From Lama guanicoe (taxonomy: Eukaryota): a stretch of DNA of 64,000 nt. The notes beneath the pieces were generated by a model, which saw only the letters and a program-made list of their open reading frames with translations, was not told where the DNA came from and did not search any database. Below, one piece after another: positions 1 to 13,830 of the stretch. The translations under genes were made by a program, and so were the position numbers. Numbering within the stretch: position 1 is the stretch's first letter; every line of letters starts with the position of its first letter. The stretch lies in assembly GCA_013239625.1 (NCBI GenBank), contig MU053365.1, positions 1,460,115-1,524,114 of the forward strand. The letters are read 5' to 3'.

Positions 1-62
1 TCCAGAATGTTTCCTCTTAGAAAGAATTTACACAAAGGTCCCATTCACTTACTTTCTTTAAT

Positions 63-1432
63 ATTTTAATTGTGAAAAGGGTTTAGATCCTCAGGAAATT
101 TCAAAAACAGTATATAGAAGTTCCATATATCTTTTACCCAACTTCTCCCAATGTTAACATCTTGCATAATGATAGTACAATATCAAAGCCAAGAAACTGA
201 TATTAGTACACTCCAAAGAGCTTATTCAGATTTTACCAGTTTTACATGCATTCATTTGTGTGTATGTGTGTAGTTTTATGCAATTTTATCACACATATAG
301 ATTTATGCAACTACCACCATAATCTAGATACAGAACTGTACCATCATCACAAAGATTTCTCCTGTTTATCCCTTATATTCACACCCACATCCTCCCACCC
401 CATCACTAATGCCTGACAATTACTAATGTCTTCACTATCTCTATCCTTTTGTCATTCTGAGAATGGCATGTAAATAGAAATCATATACTATGTGACCATT
501 CCAATTGGCTCTTTGCATTCAGTATATCTTTGAGGTACATTCAAGTTGTTGAGTGTATCACTGATCTGTTACTTTTTTATGGCTCAGTAATATTCCATGG
601 TACAGATGTAAACATTTTGTTTAACCTTTTACCTTTTGGAGGACACCTGGGCTTTGTTTCCAGTTTTCAGGTGTTGTAAATAAAGCTGTTAAAAACATTT
701 GTGTACACATTTTTATGTGGGCATGACTCGTCATTTCTTTGGAGCAATTCCTCAAGACTGCAATTGCCAGGTCATATGTTAAGCATATCTTTAGTTTTGA
801 AAGAGAGTACTAACTGTTTTCCAGAGTGGCTGAATCATTTTACATTCTCACCAGCAATGGATGAGTGATCTGGTGTCTTTACATCCTTGCCAGCATTTGG
901 TGTTCTCATTATTTTTCACTTTAAGCATTCTGAAGGTGTGTAGTGATATCTCCTCACTGTGATTTTAATTTGCATTTCTCCAGTGATGTTGAACATCTTT
1001 CCAAATGCTTCTTTGCTATCCTATGTTCTCTTCAGTGAAATGTCTGTTCCTTGTTCATATCTTTTGTCCATTTTATAAATGGATTTTTTCCAGTTGAATG
1101 TTAAGTGTTCTTTATATTTTCTAGAAAGGTATCATATCTAGATATGTGGTTTATAAATATTTTTCGCATCTGTAAACTTGTATTTTCATTCCTCTGACAG
1201 GGTCTTCTGCAGATCAAAAGTCTTTAATTTTGATGAAGTCTACTTTATCCATTTTTTATTTTGTGTGTTAGGCTTCTGGTGCCATCTCTCAGAATTCTTC
1301 ATTTAGCCCTACGTCCTGAAGGTTTAGTCCTATGGCTTCTTCTAAAAGTTTTATCATTTTGCATTTTACATTTAGGCCTATGATCCATTTTGAGTTAATT
1401 TTGTGTAAAGTGCAAGGTTTAGGTGGAGGTAT
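63..1432 (-). mobile_element. Old L1 (L1MC/L1MB-like) 3' UTR plus ORF2 3' end
   Basis: Antisense L1 hallmarks: 'ttttacattctcaccagcaatg', 'ttttaatttgcatttctc', 'tatgatccattttgagttaattttg'; L1MC-type terminus 'cccaatgttaacatcttgcataat'. Confidence 0.8.
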
Positions 1433-2349
1433 TTTTAACGCCCCCCCACCCCCGCCACCATGGATTTCTAGTAATTTTTAATTCAAAGGAATGCTATTCA
1501 ACAATAATTTATGTGTTTATATTGTGAGTAATTTCCCAGAAATTCTTTATACAAGCATAATTCTTGGTAATTTCACTATCTTGGTGTTCCAAACAGTGCT
1601 GGGCTGAATGTAGAAGCTCAGTAAATGCTTGGTTAAGGAGGCAGAAAGTTCTGGGTTCGAATTTCCCACTCATTTGGGAAACATTGAACAAGACACTTAC
1701 AAAATTGGATAACAATGCCTGCTTCGTCTCTCTCACGATCAAATTAAATACTGTATGTAAAAGTTGTTTTAAACAATTAAATGCTTTTTAAATTGTAAAG
1801 TACTTAAACACCTGTAAGATGATAATGGATTTTATTAGTTAGCATAATAGAACAGTGCTATAACCCAAATGTTTGTGGCTGTCTCCCTAGCTCTTCCTCA
1901 TCTTCAAAGGGACAGTATTCCCTGGCCTACAGGAGTAATCAGAAGGCTTGGCTTTGCTCTTTTGTTTCCTACCTTTTCTGTCTTTTTGTGGTAGCTGTCT
2001 GACAATCACCACTTGGAACTCTGACCTGCCATCCCTTATTCATTCAATAAGCTGGGGCCTTCTCCACTGGAGCCTGGGAGAAGATGGTGCGGAAGAGTTC
2101 TGCTTTCCACATTGTCCACACTTGTCTCTTCAATCTAACTTTAAGGCTAATAGACGTGATGATATAGGTTTGGAAGTCCAGGATGCTGCCACAGAAATTC
2201 GTGGAGAAGGGGAAGGTAATTCCCAGATAACTCATTCAAGACAGAAGAGTTCTGCTTTCTACTATCCTCTGGTCTTTTTTTATCACCCTCCCTTTCCCCC
2301 TGAGTCTTGACTTCATCCGCAAGGGGGAAGCACTAAATCCTTGAAACCC

Positions 2350-2608
2350 TATAAGAACTTCCAATCGTCAAATGAAACCTCCTTAAAAAGCCTACCCTGA
2401 CCATCCCACCTGCAGAATGCGCTCAGCACTCTCTGTTCTATTACGCTGTTTTGTTTTTCTCAGCACTGACCACTATTTCGTCTGTCTCCCCCACAAGAAT
2501 ATCTGCTTCGTGAAAAGGAAGGATTTAGCTTGCTCTTGTTCACAGCCAAATCCCCAGAACTTTGAACATAGGATATGCTAAATAAATATTTTTCAATGAA
2601 TAAATGAT
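2350..2608 (+). mobile_element. L2 3' end fragment
   Basis: Ends in the L2 terminal motif 'aataaatatttttcaatgaataaatga'. Confidence 0.65.
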
Positions 2609-3204
2609 TTTTTTTCAGAGTGGACTCTCTAAGACAAATATTTGATCATCGTTTATCTTATAGTTTATGTCAGCAAAGTCATATCTCATATTTAACTAGT
2701 TTGGTTTATATGCCAACAAAGTTCCTGTCTCTTTTGTCTACCCTAAATCCCCCTTTGCTTATGACATGTGTGGGGAGTAGAAAGAAAGGGGTAGAAAATT
2801 CTGTCCTGCCAAAAGGTCCTTTTGGCAGAAGTGAGATGGGAGGCAAGGACACTGTGATCAGGAGACTCGGGTATAATAATGAGATAATAGATTTCTATCC
2901 TTGCTAGGCAAGACAGCTGTGAACATAATAAACAAATATAAAACTATGAGGCAGAAAATGATTATAAGTAATTAGTAGTGAATGGTTTATTAGCCAGGGA
3001 AAAGACAAGTGAAAGGGAGGTTTGAGGATATTGTTGGGGAGGAACAGATACCAGAGCTGTGGCCTTTGTGGTCGGGGTTTGGAATCTGCTGTACAGGGAG
3101 AGGCAGGTTTATGCAAGAGAAGCTTAGCTCCCTTCACAAAAATGGATTGCTCTTTCTCATAAATGCCTTCACTGCGTTCATAGTTCTACTGATAGCAACA
3201 ATGA

Positions 3205-3372
3205 TTGTGAAAGCTAACACTGACTGAGCATTTTCCACGTGCCAGGCACCATGCTAAGTGCATTATGTGTATTACTTGGTTTAGTCATGACCACAAACCT
3301 ATGAGGGAAGTGCTCCTATAATTTCTATTTTACAGTTGAGGACACTGAGGTAAAGTAACTTGCCACAGATAA
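3205..3372 (-). mobile_element. MIR
   Basis: 'tgccaggcaccatgctaagtg' and core 'tattttacagttgaggacactgagg...aagtaacttgcc'. Confidence 0.8.
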
Positions 3373-3807
3373 TAATAAGCCTCCTTCCAGCCAGCTAGTT
3401 TCATTGTACTTAATTTTGTTTGGAAAGATAGAGCGCATTTTGATATTTAAAAGGATGTGATTCTTACTTTAATGCATAAACTAAAGTCCTCTAGGTCAGC
3501 AGAGTTGCTGTGAGTGCAAGATAATAAGACAGATCCTCCTAGGGCCCCAGGGCCCCCAGTAGTTAGGTAGGTCTATCTGGACGGGCATCAGCATTTTAAG
3601 GCCACTAAGGAAACTTTATATACGGACAACTCCTTTCTTATATTTAGAGACTACAGCTTTCATTCTTGCCTCTTTATTTGTTGGATACCTTGCCATTGTT
3701 AACACATTATCCTCTATTCATTTCAAGGTGGAATCACTACCAAAGCAGGCCCAGCCAAAGAGGTATTGCAAAGGTGGTTGTGAGTCCAAGCTTTGCAGAA
3801 TGACTTT

Positions 3808-4140
3808 CATTTCTTTCATTCATGCAACAAATATTTACTGAGCACTTACTATGTGCTAGGTCCTCATCTAGGTGCTGGGGATGAAAGAGTGAACCAGGTT
3901 GCCAAGGCCCCACCTCTTATGGAACTTTTAGGTTCTAAGGAGGGGAGAAGAAATAAGACCCTTTTTAGAAAAAGGGTAAGAAATGACCTTTCAGAGTTGA
4001 TGATAGGTAATCTGAACACTGAAGGATGAGAAAGGAAGAGAGTTACAGAAAAAGTGTTCCAGAAAGAGGAACACCGCTGTTTGAAACACTGCAATGGTGT
4101 CAGCCCACAACAAAAGTCTAAGTTCCTTAGTGTGAGACAC
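3808..4140 (-). mobile_element. L2 3' end fragment
   Basis: 'tcattcatgcaacaaatatttactgagcacttactatgtgctagg'. Confidence 0.75.
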
Positions 4141-5671
4141 AGATGTCTTCATGATCAGACTCCTGCTTGCCTCCATCTGTAGCTATTGTGTCCACAGCCC
4201 TGAATTCCTTCCCCAAATCTCTCTCCGGGTAAACTAATATTGATCCTTCAAGACTCAGAGCAAGGCTCAGCTTCTCTTACTCCCTCGGGTACAGCCAATC
4301 ATGTCCTCTTTTGTGACTCTACTATATTTGGTAGCTAGAGCTATTCTAGCCCGTGTCACATTGTAGTGCAGTTGTCTATTCTCATCAGACTTGTGTTCCA
4401 AACTGGGCTTTGCCACTTGACCTTTGTGATCATCAGCTTTCTCAGCAGTAATCCCTCAACAAATGGTAGTCATTAGGCTTATTGCTAGTGTGGATAGTCT
4501 TACAGATCTCCAAGCCTCTGCTTTATGTACTCACAGAGTGTAAGAGCTGAACAGTAGCTTAGATGTCTTCTATCCTCAGCCAGAATAGAATTCTATAGAG
4601 CTGGACAGGACCTTGCTACTGATTTTCAAACTGTGCTTACTGAAGTTTTGTGAGTCTCTCCAGAGGTGTTTCTGGGGCCAAGTTGGCTAGAAGCTGGACT
4701 ACCGTGTTGCTTTACTCAGAGCATCTGTTTATATGTTTTTAGTCTCATTTATTAACTAAGTTTTCATAAGATTTATCTGCATTTTTAAACATTTCAACTA
4801 TTTTTAAGAGTTTGAAAGTCACTCATCTCATGCAAGCCCTCATTTTTCAGAAATCCAACTTTTTTTAAGGGAACAGAACTAGTTAGCGGCAGTACCAAAA
4901 TCCAAGTCTCTCAGCTCCCACGAAGCTCTCAAGGTAGGACTCAAAGCCATCATTTTGAGATTCTAGGTCTTGCTTTGTATGGAATGAGCAAGCCAAACCT
5001 ATGTATAGAATTCACCAGAATCCTAAGACTCCATGATTTTGTTTTGTTTTTAGAACTGAGTATCTACTGACAAATCCCCTAACAGGCTTGATCTGTTTTC
5101 CTCCACGTGCACACCACAGAGGGAGCCAATGCATGAGGAGATACGAAATGCTGACTTGTGTACCCCCGATTGAGAGTATGAATGACGCTGCCTGTGGCAT
5201 ACAAATCTGGTACGTGTCTTTACAGAGGGAGGAGCCTTCCTCTTCCTGTCCTTGCTTTCCATCTTAATTGGCTTGCTCACTGACATTCTGAATGAATTGG
5301 GTTTGAATATGAAAGCATCCCTTCATATTTCTCACATTTGTAAACTTTTCACTGTCCTTTTTCCTTTTCTCAAGCTAGAGGTTATTTTTATTTGTTGGAT
5401 CTAGTGATTGTCCCAGTAGCAGGCTTTACCAAGCCTATGTTTTAATTGCAGATTTGCATGTTTAACTTCTAGTACCTTTTGCGTTCAAGTCCATATGTTG
5501 TCTCTGAATAGCATGAAGTGATTAATTGAGTCATTAAGACAACTGTTACCTTATTAGGGATCCAAGAAAGCGGAATGGAATGCTAGAAGTGAAAACTAAC
5601 CACATTTATTTAGCTTTCACTGCACACGTGCATGTGTGTTTTCCAAGAAAATTATTCTGCTGTGCAAATTT

Positions 5672-5982
5672 GCAAATGACATGAGACTGGAAGAGATTGC
5701 TAACGCTTTAGGTTCCAAAAAGATCTTGACAGCTTAGAAGGAGTGGCCAGTTCAAACAAGATAATAAAGAAAAAATGTCCACCATGCCCCTGGTCCTAAA
5801 GCCAACTTGACAGGAGAGATGCACTTTAAAATGAGATAATTAGTTGCTCATAAATTCAGTAAGAGTCGATCTTAGCTGCAGTAATAGAAATATGAAGTCT
5901 GGAACAGAACAAGTGATAATATTGATGTCCTCAGTGCTGATTGGATTGCCCTCTTCAGTCCTGTGTATCACCAGGCCCAGCA
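5672..5982 (+). mobile_element. L3/CR1 RT-region fragment
   Basis: Degenerate CR1 RT motifs 'gcaaatgacatgagactggaag', 'aaaagatcttgacagcttaga', 'gatcttagctgcagtaatagaa'; probably resumes near 6490-6830. Confidence 0.55.
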
Positions 5983-5992
5983 ATGGCCTGTT

Positions 5993-6304
5993 TCATTTTC
6001 TTTTTGTTGTTGTTTTTTTTTTGTTTTGTTTTGTTTTTTGTTTTTTCTGTAAATTTATTTATTTAGTTAGTTTTTTAGACATTTTTTATTGATCTATAAT
6101 CATTTTACAATGTTGTATCAAACTCCAGTGTAGAGCACAATCCTTCAGCCATACATGAACATATATACATTCATTGTCACATTTCTTTCTCCATGAGCCA
6201 CCATAAGATCTTGTATATATTTCCCTGTGCTAACAGTATAATCTCGTCCATCCACTCTACAGTTTTGAAATCCCAGTGGGCAGAGGGTGGGAAGGGATGG
6301 ACTG
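5993..6304 (-). mobile_element. Young lineage-specific L1 3' UTR fragment with 5' micro-inversion
   Basis: T-rich tail 5993-6085; body similar to the copies at 27450, 36210 and 49789; 6278-6304 is inverted. Confidence 0.9.
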
Positions 6305-8069
6305 TTGTTTTTGATTTGTTCTTGTCTGCTATAATATTTGTCACCTTCAGTGGCCCTCTGTCCCCACATCTCCCTGTAATCTTTGTTTTGGAAACTTGAC
6401 ATTGTCTTAATCTTCCACAAAGTGCTATGTACATATAGTGTCTCTGACTGCATCCCTTCCTTTCAACCAGATTGCCACTCAGTAGGCCCATAAATAGAAA
6501 ATTGGAACAACATTTTAAGGGGATGTAAACAAATTTGAGCACATTAGAGCAGGCTGTAAAGGTTCAAACCCTTTTCCAGGGAGGAGCAGTTTGGAAGATC
6601 TGGTACGGGTTAATTTGAGGGGAAATAGGAGCACTGGACAGGCACAGAGTTTGAGAGGCTCCCTTAGTCAGGGCTGCCTTGTTTGGGCACTATGTCTATG
6701 TGCCTTTATCTCATGGTTGACAATAAGAGGGTCCAGGACAGACACTGTAGACAGCTGCATCAGGTATGAGGGTAACTGATGGTGATTTTACCTCAGGATT
6801 GTATATATCCTGCAATGGAAGGGCGGTGATTGGAGCCACAAATAACTAAAAGAATGTAATTCCAGTGGGAATTATCCCCCACCTAGGATAGTAGGATGCT
6901 TTCCGCAAATAGGGGAATGTGGGTTTCAGGCGCTCTCATCTGTATCTTAAGGAGTTGATTCTGCTGATTAATATAAAATTAAAAAGAACTGGTAAATGAA
7001 AAGAACACCTGGCACAATTTTTGCCATGTAATATGTGCTAGAGAAATTATTGTCATCAGAATGGTTCTGAGTATTACTGAGAGGCAGCTTCTGTTTCAGG
7101 CATGATAAGCAGCTGCAGTTGTGAGCTTCATTCTGGTAATGCCTCTGTCGCCTTTCTGATCGGATTCTCTTCTTACATGGCTCTGTCTCTGACCCATGGT
7201 GTCTGTGTCTGTATTCGACCCACATCAAGCCAGACAGGATGGTATCAGTGCGGACACATTCTCAGTCTGTTAGCATTTGTACAAAGTTCTGTCCTTAAAG
7301 TATACAGATCTCCTGACTCCATGTCACAGACTTTGGTGATTGCATTTCTAGAGCTCTCCTCTTATTTTAATTCTTAATTGCAAGTGTATACATCCATGCA
7401 ATGCTTCTCTACTGCTCTAATTCCCTTCTAAAGCTCCAGAGTGCCTTTTGTGAATGTACTGGAATGTCTCCTGCTCTTGTGCAGGGAGAGGTTTTGTAGT
7501 CAGAACGTCATGGTTTTAGGCAAGAAAAAAAGAATTTCCCCTGCGCTGAAGGCTTCCTGAAACATATTCAGTTATTACTCTTTTCTCCGAGTGTTTCCTG
7601 GCTATTAGGACCAACGTCTCTGCAGCAAATATAACATCAAAGGAACTGTCTGGCCCAGTATTTAACTGTTTCATGCATGTTTGTACATGACAACAGTCAT
7701 CCCTAAACAACTAATTTCTATGGCTTCATTCCATTTTTAGCTAAATTGGGTCTTTTCCAACGACCTAAAAATGGAAAGACAAGTATCTATCTATAAACCA
7801 ACAGCAGATTTTATTATAATGAGCCAGGCCATAAGAGACAAATGACCCTGTTATCTGTGTATTAGGAGCTACTTAATATTAACTTGGACAGAATAAATCA
7901 TTCAAGCCCTCCATTTAAAAAAGTAGCATGTCCATTTGTTTAGCTCCAGTGACTGCATTTTGTTGCTCTTTTATCCTGCAAAAAATGTCAAAAGTGACTT
8001 TGTTTAGCACTAGATTACCTACAAGACTAACATTTATTGTTTCCTTCTTACTATAGTATTTCTTTCTTT

Positions 8070-8645
8070 TAAACTCTTTCTTTGTAGAAAATTTAACAGT
8101 ACAGAAAAAAATCCACGAAAGAGGAAAAAAATCACCCATAAATACCATAATCCCATTACTCAACAATAACCCTTATATGGAAATTTTAAGTCTTTCTAGT
8201 CTCTCTCTCTCTCTCTCTCTCTCTCCATATATGTGTATATATATTATATATTTGTCATGTACATCAAACAACATAATACTGTGTGTATATTTTTAGTTTT
8301 TCATATTTGGGATTATGCTACAGATACTTCATGGTATTCTGAATTATACATTTAATATTTCATTGTAACATTAATCACATTAATTTCCCCATATCATTAA
8401 TGTGATTTTATGATATAATTTAAAATGATTGCATGATATTCCATTTAATTTTTCATATGACATTTTATTTGACTTCTCCTTTATAACAACAGGACATGAA
8501 GATTATTTTTAATTTGTTACTCCTATAAGTAATATAAGTAAAGGGACTCTTATACAGCTAGATCTCTTATTTACTTAGCATAGATTCCTAGAAATACTAG
8601 CATTTACTGGGTACAATGGCATGAACATTTTTCAGGCTCTTGATA
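8070..8645 (-). mobile_element. Old L1ME-like 3' fragment
   Basis: Degenerate antisense L1 3' region 'tagattcctagaaatactagcatttactgggtacaatggcatgaacattttt'; continues near 9270-9365 and 9770-10830. Confidence 0.55.
8199..8225. repeat. (CT)n microsatellite
   Basis: Direct reading. Confidence 0.95.
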
Positions 8646-9270
8646 TTCATTCATTCATTCACTTATTCATTCACTACATACTTATTGAGAATCTACTGTG
8701 TGCCAGGCTGTCTTGAAGGGGTTGGGTATATAGCAGTGGATAAAACAAATATTCCTGTCCTCATGGAGCTGACATTCTAGTGAAGGAAGACATACAATTA
8801 AAATATATATATATAATATATATCAGGTGGTGATGTGTGATATGCAGAAAAATACTGTAGAGTAATGGGCTGAGGAGCTCCGAGGTTGGGCATGGGTAGA
8901 AATGAGTATTTTTATGAAGCACTCAAAGAAGATCTCCCTACTGAGTTGATATTTGAAGGAAAACCTGAAGGAGGGGACAGGGAGAAGGCACTTGATCCAG
9001 AGAAAAGCCTTCCTGTCAATGAGAATGGCAAACGTGCACAGTCCCTGAGCCAGGGGCACGTCTAAGGTACTGAGGAACCCCAAGGACATTAGTGTGGCTG
9101 GAGCAGAGTGAATGGGGAGAGAGCAGCAGCCCATGTGGCAGAGCGGTGGAGGGGTGGGGAGACTACCAGTCATGTTGAGTCTTGCAGGCCTTTTTTGCCT
9201 TTGGCTTTGACTTGCGGGAGATAGAAAGTCATTGGAAGGCTTTGAGCAGAGAATGACTTATGTATTGAAA
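8646..9270 (-). mobile_element. L2a 3' region
   Basis: 'ttcattcattcattc...ttattgagaatctactgtgtgccagg...cctcatggagctgacattctag...ggctggagcagagtgaatgggg'. Confidence 0.85.
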
Positions 9271-9399
9271 TATGGACAAATTGCCCTTCCAAAATGATTG
9301 TCCCAATATTTATCCCTCACCAGCAGTGTATGAGAGGTCTTTCCTATCACTAGATCTGGTCATTTAAAAAAAAGAAATGGAACAAAAAAACCTTTATTA

Positions 9400-9745
9400 T
9401 TTATCCATTTGACAAAAATTGAGTGCCTACCCTGTGCTGGACGCCATGATAAGTACTGGATATACGTTGGTAAACAAATGACATTCCTTACTCTTGTGGA
9501 AGTTTTTTGTCTAGTGAGGCAGACATAAAATTAAAAAAACATATATATTCTTAAGGTATGTGCTGTGAAGGACACCATGTTGCAGTTGTGAAAAATATGT
9601 GCCTATTGAAGGTGTATGTTTACTTAAGGAGGTTAGGGAAGTTCTCTCTGAGGCTGTGACATTTAAGCAGAGAGTCAAAAAGTAAGTAGCAATCAGTCAT
9701 GCAAAGACCACAAAAAAGAAATTCAGGGAACAGCATGGCCAAAGT
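9400..9745 (-). mobile_element. L2 3' fragment
   Basis: 'ttgagtgcctaccctgtgctgg', 'gggaagttctctctgaggctgtgacatttaagcagag'. Confidence 0.7.
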
Positions 9746-11804
9746 TGTTTTGTTTGTTTATGTTTATTACTTATAAGGTTGAAAGTAGTGTTAAGTACTT
9801 ATCGGCCATTTGCATTTCTTTTTTGGTGACATTTTGGTTTGTATCCCTTACCATTTTTCTTTGAATGCTGTTCACCCTTATTGGTTTGTGAAACAACAGT
9901 AAGGACATTACCAATTGTTTTGTTTTATCTGCTATATTTGTTACAATATTTCTCCAAGTTTCTTTCTTTCCTTTTATGTTGTTTTAGGGATTGTTGACGT
10001 TTTTGTTATGATCTCCAACATGTTTGATTAAGTTTGGTTTCTAAATCTGGCAAATCTAAGTTTATAGGGTCCATTTTAGGCTTCTGCCTTCTGTCTTATT
10101 GATCAGTCAGCCAGTCCTGGAACAAATACCTATCAAAGTATATTTCCCTTTGAGGTCAATTCTGGACTCATCATTTCTCTTTTCAAAATTTTCTTAAGTC
10201 ACTCTCCAATATTCTTCACATGAATTTTAGTCTTCTATGAGAACTTTAGTTCAATTTTATTAAGGGCTTAAACTATGATTCTCTTAAGCCTATGAATAAT
10301 TAAGAGAGGGATTGAAAATTTTACTGTATTAAGTCTTCCCATCCAGAAATATAGTATGTCATTTATTCAAATGTGTTACACTGTCAGCAAAATTTAATAT
10401 TCTCTTTATATGGATCCCATGTTTTAATTTAGGCTACTATGAGTGGAATCTTTTTATTTATATCAAATGCAAATCTGACCATACTACTCCCTGCATTATC
10501 ATTGAAAACATTCGGGAATATTTTGCTTATCATTTTTTAGTCTTTTATTTAGTACTATGTATTTATGTAGCTTTGGTTATTTCGAGTTTACCATTACTAT
10601 GCATAACACCATGATTATATATTTCTTTGTATTTCTAACAGCTTATTCATATTAATATTTGTGACTGTTCTTTTCATCAGTGAAATGTGACCTTCCTTTC
10701 CCGATTTAGTGCCTTTTCTTTACCTTCTCTTTGCCTGCATTTGATATTATCAAACCTACTTTAAATTTGCTTGCATTTGCCTGATGAATCTTCGCCCTTT
10801 TTAATTTTAATCTTTAAGTTTTTATATGTAAATGGTAGCTGTTGGGACATGTTAATTGAAAAATATATAATATATAAATAATAATACAAAATAACATAAA
10901 TAAAATGCACTGAAAATACATAGCTTTATGTCAGTCCTGAGACAAACAATCCAAGAAGTCTATAAGATTTTTGGAATTGACGTGTTTGCATATTTGGGAA
11001 CTTCTCTCAGCATGTGACATAATTTCTGTTTATAGAATAGAATGTTAGAACTGCTAGCCAAAATTTTAGGACAGATTGTCCTCAACTATAAGATGTATTT
11101 GATGAACAGGTGCATTAGATTAATCTGATTGAAGTGGCAAACTGTAGATTTATGATATTGCAGAGGCAAGTATTGTTGATAGTGTGAAAATCCAAATAAG
11201 GTTATATGGAATTCCCTGATTTCTGTCCTTTAATATGACCTCAATGGAGTACAGTGAGATCTGGTGACTCTGTAGTAGCCCAGTCCACTCCCTCCTCATT
11301 TCCCCTCTAACCACGCAGGATGAGAGCGGACTCCTAGGCCCCTTTTATCTTTATCTTTTTGTTTCTTCAGTGAGTCACCACCTTCTTCTGCCCCAGGTTT
11401 CCCTGCAGCTTAGTGACATTGTAAAGACTTTAGACAATCACGATTTCTGTTATCTTTTATTTCCATCCAGTCTAAGGAACACTTCCCTTTTTGGTTTCCT
11501 TTTATAGTTTATCTTCTACTATTCAGGTTGTTCATTCTTCAGATCCCCTTTCAGGCTCTTCTTTCTGATCTCTAAACTTTGAAATCTACACTCCTAGGAT
11601 GCTCTCAGCTACACCCATGACATAACATACGCTTATATGTAGATGATTCACAAATGAGAGTGAAAGAAGAGAGGAGAGAGGGGGATATTAGTTCAACAGC
11701 ATTTATATAATATCTTACAATAACATTCATTGAACAATCACATTGTGCCAGGCATGGGGCTAACAGCCTTCACTGTATTATCTAATTAAATCCTCATAAA
11801 AATT

Positions 11805-11866
11805 CTATACTATGTCATACTATACCACACCACACCATACCATACCATACTACACTGTACTATACT
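11805..11866. repeat. Degenerate pentamer repeat (TATAC/CACAC/CATAC)
   Basis: 'ctatactatgtcatactataccacaccacaccataccataccatactacactgtactatac'. Confidence 0.85.
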
Positions 11867-11889
11867 TACCCTTTTCTTTTGTTGCCCTT

Positions 11890-13830
11890 CCATTTATACT
11901 AGATCCCAACTCCTTCTCAAAGACATTGTTTCAGCAATTCTCCCCACCCATTACATTACCAGTTTGAATCCAATGGATCCTTTATAATACCAACATACTG
12001 TAATTTCTCCGATCTTAAGCATAGAATCCTCTCTCCACACATCCTTCCTGTTGGTACCTCAGATCTCTGCTCCCTCTTAGCAAACCTCTTCAAAAATGTT
12101 ACTTCCAAATACTCTCCCTTTCTCTCTTGAACCCATACCAATCAGACTTTCACCCCCACTATTTTGCTGAAACTGCTGTTTTCAAGATCAGCATTGAAAA
12201 CCACATTGCTAAATCCAATGGTCAACTATTAGCCCTTGTCTTACTTGACCTATAAGTGCTAATGTATGAAGCTCATCACTCCTTCCTTGTTGTAACACTT
12301 CCTTAACTTTGCTTTCAGTAGTTCTCTGGTTTTCTTCTTATCCCACTGGCTGCTTCTCCTCAATCCCCTTTGCTGATGACTTTTCCTTTTCATGAATTCT
12401 GAAAGTTGTAGTGGCTTAGAGATCACTTCAGTTCTTGGACATCTTTATCCACATTCATTCATTAGGTTGATGTGTTAGTTTGCTAGAGCTATTGCAACAA
12501 AGTACCACAGACTGGGTGACTTAAACAACAGTAATTTATTATCTTAAAATCCTGAAGTTTAGAAATCCAAACTGAGCATGTCAACAGGGTTGGTGCCTTT
12601 TGAGAGCTGTGATGGGGTATTCCAGACCTTTCTCCTTGGCTTGTAGATAGCCACCTTCATATTTACCTGGTGTTCTCTATGTGCGTGTGTGTATTCAAAT
12701 TACCCCTTTTTCTAAGGGTGCCAGTCCTATTTGATTGGGCTATCCTAATGACCTCATTTTAAGTTAATTGCCTCTGTAAAGACCCTGTCTCCAGATAGGG
12801 TCACATTCTGAGGTACTGGAGGTTAGAGCTTTAACATAAAAATTTTCGGTGTGACACAATTTTACGGTTGGTTTCATTAAATAATTTGACTGACACGAGA
12901 CCCCATATACTGATGGATTCCTAGATTATGTCTCTAGCTTGGGCCCCTGCCATGCAATCCAGCTGCCTGTTCTGTGAATCCTCTTGGCCATCTAATAGAC
13001 ATCTCAAGTTTAATATGTCTATATCAATCACTGATCTCTGTACCCCACCCTCTAAGAGAATCCCTACTCCTCCCTACCCTTCTCCATCTCAGTAAATGGA
13101 AAAGTCATCTTTCCAGTTTCTTAGACCAAAAATATTGATCTCACCCTTAACTTTCCTCTGTCTTGATACCTCAGCAAACACTGCTCTATATTGAGAATGT
13201 ATACAGAATCTGACCACTTCACACTGTATCTTCTGCTACCAATGTGATCCAAGTCACCATCCTGTTCCATCTAAATTATTGAAGTCTCTTGATAGGTCTC
13301 CCTGCTTCATCCTTTGCTCCCTATGGCATAGTCTAATCAAAAAGTCAAGGTTATTTCTTTAGACATAAGTCAGATCATGTCAGTTACGTGCTCTGAACCC
13401 TCCACTGGCTTCCATTACAAGAACCTACCAGATCCGTCATAATATTAGACCCAGCTACCTTTCTGACCTACGTGCTACCACATGTCCTCACACTCACTCT
13501 CGTCCAGCTACACAGGTTTTCTGCTATTCCTCAAACCAGGCTTTCACATTAAGACCTTTGTCCTAGTCCTCGCCTCTGCCTGGAATGCTTTCTTTCCATT
13601 TGACAACATAGTTTAGTCTGTCATCTCCCTCAAATCTTTGCTCAAATACCTCTTTCACAGTAAGGCCTTTCCCAATCTCCCTGTTTACAAGTTCAAACCT
13701 TCTTTCACCTCCCCCTTCCACCTCCCCAGTACTCTTTATAACCCTGCCCTGCTTTTTTCCCCACAAAATTTATCACCATGTGATGAACTATATAATTTAT
13801 TTTTTTATTGTCAGTTTCTATCTACAAAAA
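11890..13830 (+). mobile_element. Long L2 fragment (RT region to 3' region), interrupted by MLT1
   Basis: 'cacattgctaaatccaatggtca', 'catctcaagtttaatatgtc', 'cagaatctgaccacttc', 'cctctgcctggaatgctt'. Confidence 0.85.
12472..12864 (-). mobile_element. MLT1B-like MaLR solo LTR
   Basis: 'tgtgttagtttgctagagct...aaagtaccacagactgggtgacttaaacaac...gtcacattctgaggtactgg'. Confidence 0.85.

Noticed and set aside
2146..2215. Exon-shaped 70 nt segment ending AAG|GTAATT
   Set aside because: Weak acceptor (taag), peptide unrecognised, no supporting partner exon
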